A DNA stretch of 64,000 nt from the human T2T-CHM13v2.0 reference genome, Homo sapiens. A program made the position numbers and the translations under genes. The DNA lies in NCBI RefSeq assembly GCF_009914755.1, contig NC_060929.1. One strand, 5' to 3'. A model generated the notes under the pieces. It worked only from the letters and a program-made list of their open reading frames with translations. It ran no database searches and was not told where the DNA came from. Below are positions 55,547 to 64,000 of this stretch, one piece after another (the stretch's first letter is position 1; every line of letters starts with the position of its first letter).

Positions 55547-55840
55547 GGCTGGATGTGATGACTCATGCCTGTAATCCTAACATTTTGGGAGGCTGAGGCA
55601 GGCAGATCACTTAAGCCCAGGAGGTCAAGACCAAGACCAGCCTGGGCAACATGGTAAAACTCTGTCTCAACAAAAATATAAACAATTATCCAGTCATGGC
55701 GTTGCATGCCTCTAGTCCCAGCCACCTAAGTGGCTGAGGTCAGAGGATCGCTTGAGCCTGGGAGGTGGAGGCTGCAGTGAGTTGTGATTGCACCACTGCA
55801 CTCCACCCTTCCAGCCTGGGTGACAGAGTGAGACGTTGTC

Positions 55841-55867
<27 letters not shown>
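55547..55867 (+). mobile_element. AluJ
   Basis: Diverged dimer (ggatcgcttgagcctgggagg, gaggctgcagtgag) with a long poly(A). Confidence 0.92.
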
Positions 55868-55871
<4 letters not shown>

Positions 55872-56151
55872 GTCTACTATACTCACTAGTTTCACTAGTT
55901 TGACAAAAATTTTCTCAAGGCACCAAATATGGGGCCACCCATCACCTCATAAGTATTTGGCTAAGTGTAACCAATGGATACTTTTAAGAATATTTTGGGT
56001 ATCGCTGTTGCCACAAAACACCATACAAACTTTCTCTTTCCCATTAAAATCAGGATCATTAGTGCCTTCAAATCTAATCAGAAAAACCAGTTCTCACACA
56101 GAGCCAATTCAAACCTCATCCTTAACATTTTCTTCATTTAGAACAACCCTT

Positions 56152-56916
<765 letters not shown>

Positions 56917-56999
56917 TTAACCAACAGGAATTGCATGTAATTTGTATTCAGAGGTAATTTTCTTCAGAAAATAAATAACATATATTCTCCGCTGAGAAG

Positions 57000-58330
57000 T
57001 TCAGGTTATATCCTGTGAAAGATGAAGAGATGATAAAAAATTTTAGACAAGAAAATTGCCAAGATTTGAGCTCATTTTGTAATGATAACTCTGAGCCCTT
57101 TGTAGTTAATGCCAAGAGGCTTCTCTAATAAAAAGCCTAAAATATAAATGTTAGAACCATCAGAATAGAAGTTGTAGGAGGTGTAAACCATGGGAATGGG
57201 TAATAATCACTCATGAAACACATTTTAATTAAGATTATATTTAAAATCACTTCTTGAGTTCTTAGAATATGTTTAAAACTATGTTAGGATTTAAAAATGC
57301 TAACTTGATAAAAATCCTGTTCTTGACTATAGAAGCTGACAGTGCAGTGGCACTAAATTTGGAAAGAGGAAACTGCGAATACAAAAAACTGAATATAAAG
57401 TGATTGAGATATGCATGGAGTAATGTAAGTGCAGCAAAGGGCTGTTGGTGTGCAGGGGACAAGGCAAGTTCCAGAAGCAAGACTAATACATTGAATAAGA
57501 TAAGAGGGCCTGGGGCAGGAACACTCTTTTTAACAAAATAGACAAAGTCAAAGAAATTGAAATTCAATATTTAGCTTGAATGCCAGGGGAACTGAGAAAA
57601 ACCTAGTAGGGAATAATGTTACAGAAACTAAGAAAGGCCATTTTGAAGAATAAATTAATGGACCACAGATTTAATAGTGCAGCAAGGTCAAGTGAGACAG
57701 GAACTGAAAGGAATTTATTATATTTTAAAAATAAGAGGAAATGGCCAGGCATGGTGGCTCACGCCTGTAATCCTAGCACTTTGGGAGGCTGAGGAGGGCG
57801 GATCCCAAGGTTAGGAGTTCGAAACCAGCCTGGTCAATATGGTGAAATTTCATCTCTACTAAAAATACAAAAATTAGCTGGGTGTAGTGTGCGTGCCTGT
57901 AATCCCAGCTACTCAGGAGGGCGAAGCAGGAGAATTGCTGGAACCCAGGAGGCAGAGGTTGCCGTGAGCTGAGATTGCACTACTGCACTCCAGCCTGGGC
58001 AACAGAGTGAGACTCCATCTCAAAAAAATGAATAAATAAATAAATAAATAAATAAATAAATACATAAATACATAAATAAATGGTAATTTGTTAACTGGGA
58101 AAACAGTTTTATTAGAAACGTAGAGGGTAGAAGTTCTACTATAGTAAGTTGAGGAGTTAATGGAAGATCAGAAAAATGACTAACATTTGCAGACTCTAGA
58201 AACTTGGCTTTAAAACAAATTTATATTAGATGGTTAGAGGAGAATGGAGACATGGGTTGTTTTTGTTTTGTTTATGGATGGTAATAGAGCACATTTTAGG
58301 CTGGGGAAAATTAATCTAGTGGTTTGGAAG
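57000..58330 (-). mobile_element. L2 fragments (interrupted by an Alu)
   Basis: aggtcaagtgagacaggaactgaaa and related L2 motifs; extent approximate. Confidence 0.5.
57743..58080 (+). mobile_element. AluS with (TAAA)n tail
   Basis: Full dimer ggccaggcatggtggctcacgcc... Confidence 0.95.
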
Positions 58331-59099
58331 ACATTAACAGAGCAATAAATGATCTGTTTTCCAGAACATAAGAGCCAAAAGGAAAAAGAATTTCTATTTG
58401 TTTGGTTTGCTGTTGTGTCACATGCATAGTAGTTATTCAAAAATATTTGCAGAATGGATTAAACAAATCCTTAAAAATAAGAGGTCTTCTAAGCTCAAAA
58501 GTGACTAATGGGGGAGAATTTTCATAATCATATAAGAAGAGCATGATCATCCATGTAAGAGAATGGACAAAAATAATATTTGTAGTATTTATCCATTTGC
58601 TATATTCTGACTTACTTCTAATTTAATTTGACCCTATAAAATTATTTTATTTAAATATTATTTTCCCACAATCACAAAACCTAAAAAAGGTTCAGAGAAT
58701 TTAACAAACTGGAGAATCCAGAAATTTTAATCAAGGTTGCTCTGATTTTATAATCTTTGTGCTAGATGATACATATAATCTATCTGGTATGCTCTCTAAT
58801 ATTTTTTCTTTATTCTTTTAGGTGAAAAAACTTATAAAATATATAACTTGTTATCAAAGTAAAATCAAATCATAATTGTGTCCACATCTTCTCTGGTTTT
58901 AAAGATATAACACATAATTACTCAGGTGTATATATATTAAATAATATTGAGTATCATGCTTCAGATGTTGCTTCATCTGTCACCTCCTCAAAGGAGCTTT
59001 CTCTGATTTTCACACTAGAGTAGGTAATTCTCTTACATGTTCCATAGCACAATTTTGTGAAAGAATTGTCTTAGATGAGAAACTAAGCTTCTCTGCCCT

Positions 59100-59562
59100 T
59101 GTGTCTTAAATCCAGTTTCCTTGAAAATTAAGCCAAGGCAAGGCTTAAGTGTAACTGATTTCTTCAGTAGGGCATTTGCAGAACATAGACAATGAGGGAG
59201 GCAGAGACCGAGGTGGGGAAGATGGAAGTCAAATGCACTTGCTAGGGCTTCATTGTAATTTGTGGAGAGTTTTAGCTAGTTGCTGCACAAGAGTGCTCTC
59301 TCTACCATGTAGCTGTCTTCCAAGAGGCTATACAAAAATACTGTGTCTCCAAATTGTCCTCTGTAGGAAACACAGAGAAAAAAAATCTGGTATTTCCCTT
59401 CCTGATCCTGTTGGTAGAGTTTCTCCAGAAGGAGTTCAACACCACCCCAACCATGCCAAAACATACCAGAGAGCATTACCTGGTCACTTTTGCAGCTTGT
59501 GGAGAAGCCAGACTTCATGTACTAAGTGTGCAGGTATTTTAAGTATTTTAACCAAAGTCCAC
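59100..59562 (-). mobile_element. Old ERVL LTR (LTR16/33/41-like)
   Basis: tgtcttaaatccagtttccttgaaaattaagccaaggcaagg...aaagtccaca. Confidence 0.5.
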
Positions 59563-61340
59563 ACTCAGTTCTTTATGGCCTCGGATGATGTAATTAGGTG
59601 TACTTGCACAGTGACCTTCATTGCTTTTTCAGTGAAGAGACAGACAGACAGAGCGAGAGAGAATGCAGGAGATAAATGAGGTCCAGTGAAACCAAGGAAA
59701 GGAAGAACATATGCAGAAGGCAATTTGCATCACTTGTTTCATAGGCACCTCTACTGTGTATTTCTCTGGGCAGAGGAAATAGGAGGGAGGGGGCGGATGA
59801 ACAGACATATTCTTTTTGCTGCAAAAGGAAGTATGCTACCAGCTTCCAGAAAACAAAAGCAATTAGCAGATACAAATATGGGAGGTATTATTTATAAATT
59901 TAGTGATAACTTGTTTCATGCTTGCTCATTAAAAAATAAGAAATGGATCTGAGGGGATGTAAAGATTATAAAAAAAACTTTATTCTAAAATAATTTTCCT
60001 TCACAGAAACATTATTCTAAATTATTAGAAGACTAGAAGGAGAGAACAAATCAAAATTTTCTCTTTTGATGATGATCTGAGTTCTAACCTATCTTCTTCA
60101 ACGTTCTCTGGACAAAAACCTTAGAAAGCAGTGCAGCCGAGTCATAATTCATGAGTGAATATTAGTTATGTATTTGCCCTCAAGCATATTTTCCTTGAAG
60201 GTGAGAATCCTGAGACTATAAGAACATTTTGTCCTGTTAATGGAATGAAAGAATCAGGATAATAAAAAATGAATATCATATCTTTACTTTTAATTGCACT
60301 AAATAAGGCTTTCTAAAGTTTCTGCTCTTGTTCTATATAAATAAACCTTAAAACAATGCATTTTCATGCTTCTAGCCAACTTAAGAATTACCTGCACAAG
60401 ATGGCTCTCCACACTTTTCTCATGTAGCAGACTCTGTGCTTTCTGATTTGAGGGAAGAGTTATGGGAAACAGAGACATGACAGCTGTCAGGTCCTTTGTC
60501 CAAATTTAATCAGGAATCAGCCAGAGAGGAATGTCCTAATCCATCAACACCTGCTTGGGATAAGCAGTAAACCCACCAGAGACAGAGCCAAATATAGTGA
60601 TTTAATTAATTGAAAGGTGTTGGCAATTCATCAACATGCAGTGCTTCTGAGCAATTTCCAGTACCAACTAATGTAGAGCAGAATTTGTGCATAAGTATCT
60701 TAAAGATTTTTAATTTGTTATAATTTTTTAAATATCAGTTAATTTGAAAATATTTCAGAATACCAAGAAAAGATACAAAAGAACATCATCTTGACTTTTT
60801 TTTGTTTTAAATTGATATTTGCTATTTTTTAATAAACTTTTAGATGGTAAAATTTTATAAACATTCACAATCTGATGCAGAGTTATACTTCTATATGAGT
60901 GACATTTTTACACAGCTAACATGGTGCTGATTAAACTGATGTGTGAGTGTTCTAAGACAAGGCTATATTTATCACTCTTGTTCTGAAATGCATATGTAAT
61001 AGCCTAAAGACAATTATTTCACAATTAAATTACAAATCAAAGTCATCATTTAGTCTTCCTTATTTTTTTCTTGTATACTAATTTGGCCTGAGTCATGTTA
61101 GATCAATCCACAATATTTCTCTCATCTCTTCCCTTGTTTCTGTACCCAGCAGCTATTCAAATCATTATTTAATGATTTCTTTCTCACACAAACCAACTTA
61201 TTAATCTCCCTCCTTTTCCCTGACCCTTGATTATTCTACACTCAGTCTAGCCAGTCTAGATTTTGTTAATTGGTTACTTTTTTCCAAATATGTCTCCCCT
61301 AGTTTCAATAGATTAAAAATATGTACCTTAATTCCACATC

Positions 61341-61637
<297 letters not shown>

Positions 61638-62346
61638 TCCAATTCCATATCTTTTTAAAGACTATTCATATTTAAACATTAATTTAAAATACTTTCTTCT
61701 CCAAAAATGCTTTCTTAATCCAACCAAACAGAATTGGTTGTCTTTGTTTTTTTTTTTTTTTTTTTTTAAGTCCACATGGCAATATGATCTTCCCTTGTGG
61801 TTTGTAGTTACAATTTTTGTTTGTTTCATATATTTGCGTTTTCTATTGAAGGGGTGTGTGGGGATTTTAAATATATGTGCTTAATTGCATGACTTTCCAT
61901 TACAAAGTCCTTTAAGACAAAGATCGTTTTGCTCTTTTAGCCTTTTGTTCTTATTTTTTTTTCTTTTTTGCTACTCAGCTTTAATTTTCTACAACCTAGC
62001 ACTATCCATTGAACTATTTTATTAAATTATAAAACTCTTTGGGGCATATGCTTGCAAATTCAATTTAGTTAAATTAACACAGTCTTTAAAATCTCTAAAT
62101 ATTGATCTCCAGGTTTGAAAACTTTCTCTAAATAATATTTATGCCAGAATTTTGGGCAGCCAATTCATAGTCATGATATCTTCAAATATCCTAACCTTAT
62201 CAGCAAAATCTTTTGTTCTTCCAAATTTAGCTACTTATTTAAAACTACATAATGTCTTTTTTTTTCCTTTTTCTTTGTAAGTTTACATAATGTCTTTTTT
62301 TCCTTTTTCTACATAGATTTTTACCTATTTATAAAGCTCTGATTTT

Positions 62347-62650
62347 GGCCAGGTGCGGTGGCTTACGCTTGTTATCCCAGCACTTTGGGAGGCTGAGGCG
62401 GGTGGATCATGAGGTCAGGAGTTCGAGGTCAGCCTGACCAGCATGGTGAAACCCTGTCTCTACTAAAAATACAAAAATTAGCTGGGCTTGGTGGCACATG
62501 CCTGTAACCACAGCTACTCAGGAGGCTAAGGCAGGACAATCTCATGAACCTGGGAATTGGAGGTTGCAGTGAGCCGAGATCAAACCACTGCACTCCAGCC
62601 TGGGTGACACAGTGAGACTCCCTCTAAAAATAAAAATAAAAATAATAAAA
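62347..62650 (+). mobile_element. AluSg
   Basis: ggatcatgaggtcaggagttcg; TSD aaagctctgattt at 62333-62345 and 62651-62663. Confidence 0.95.
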
Positions 62651-62967
62651 AAAGCTCTGATTTACCCGCAACCCAGTCAGAAGTCCTCACACACATCAAT
62701 AAAAAGAAATGAGTAGAGTGAACATTTTATGTATATCCAGTGCATTTTTACACTTCTCTCTCGGAGTCCACATGACTCCTTTATTTCTTTGAAGAATAGA
62801 CTTTTATCCTTGCCAAATTCAGTTATTGTTTACCTCATTTTCTTATCTCTGCCTTCCCTACCATCTCTTCCAGTGGCTTGCTTTCTTGAATATTCTCTGC
62901 TTTTCCTTCCCTATTGTCAGACTTTCCACACTCATTAACTCATTCCTGTAAATGTAAAAATACACTC

Positions 62968-64000
62968 ATTTTTTTCTAATAAATTATTATTTTTAGAAAA
63001 AATTTAAGATTTACAGAAAAACTGAGAAGATAGTAAAGAGGGTCCCATACACCTGGCACCCAGTGTCTTTTGTTTTTAACATAGCTTGTTAGTATGGCAG
63101 GTTTGTTACTGTTAATAAACCAATGTTGGTAAATTAGTATTAATAAAAGTTTATATTTTATTCAAATTTTCTTAATTTGTATGTAAAACACTTTTTCAGT
63201 TCCAAGATCCTACTCAGGATATCATGTTACATTTCAGCATGAGGTCTCCTTAGGCGTCACTTGTCTGTGACATTTTCTCAGACTTTTATTATTTTGATGA
63301 TTCTGACCGAGAAACAAGGGTAAATTAGTTTATCAACTGCAGCTAGATTATAATTTGTCTTTTTTTCTCATTATTAAACCAGAGTTATAGATTATAGGGA
63401 GAAAGACAACAAAAATAAAGTGCCATATCCATTATAGAATATCAAGGGTATACACTGTCAACATGAATTACAACTGTTGATGTTGACCTGATACCTAGCT
63501 GAAGTAATGGTTGCCAGCTTTCTCCTCTGAAAAGTTACTTGCCCTCTTTCTCTACCTTTTTTGTGAGTCCAAAATCTATGTGAATATTTGTAATTATTCT
63601 GTACATATTTTTCTCCTCCCCCAAAAGCTCCCCCATTTATTTATTCAGTCATTTATTTATATCAGGATGGACCAATAGATATTTATTTTATACTTTGAGT
63701 TCTAATCTGATACTACTTTATTTATTTTGATGTTCAAATTTTCCATCGTTGCTTATCGAGAGGCCTTTCAGGTCCTGTCTCCCTTTGCTGTCCATAACCC
63801 ATCAATGTGCCATTGTCATTACCTCCTTCTTCCTTTTTGTTCTTTACCTCCTCCCCCTCCTCTTTCTACTTCCTCTTTCCCTCAGCATTTTCTTACTTTG
63901 GCCACAAGATCTTCCATGCTCATCTTGTGTATTTCCTACCCTAATTCTAGAATCAGTCATTTCTCTAAGAAGCTTTGCTTCTGTTTATTGGAGAATGGTA
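62968..64000 (-). mobile_element. L1MC 3' region, running off the window
   Basis: gatttacagaaaaactgagaagatagtaaagagggtcccatacacc...ccctaattctagaatcagtcatttctctaagaagc. Confidence 0.85.

Noticed and set aside
59176-59952. ORFs of 62-167 aa
   Set aside because: They partly overlap an old ERVL LTR and show no domain or codon signal.

Overview
Primate (human-like) AT-rich genomic DNA from a gene desert or a large intron. I find no supportable intact protein-coding gene; nearly all ORF-track entries lie in repeats or are chance ORFs. The window is dominated by transposable elements: about ten Alus; a 5'-inverted young L1PA with a long TSD; older L1 and L2 pieces; a complete THE1C with internal region; a near full-length Tigger1 with a nested Alu and MER50; Tigger3b; MER6A; an ERVL provirus remnant; and several ERV1, ERVK and MaLR solo LTRs. 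Two stretches are not explained by common repeats. (1) At 47072-48181 is a ~1.1 kb decayed AT-rich reading frame that I cannot assign to a host or TE protein. It is fused antisense to an L1MA 3' end, and the pair appears to share one target-site duplication, so it is a candidate L1-captured non-retroviral RNA virus (or unknown mRNA) fossil. (2) At 44585-45293 is a polyadenylated, TSD-flanked retrocopy of a non-coding RNA or 3' UTR. Repeat subfamily names come from recalled consensus sequences and need RepeatMasker/Dfam confirmation.
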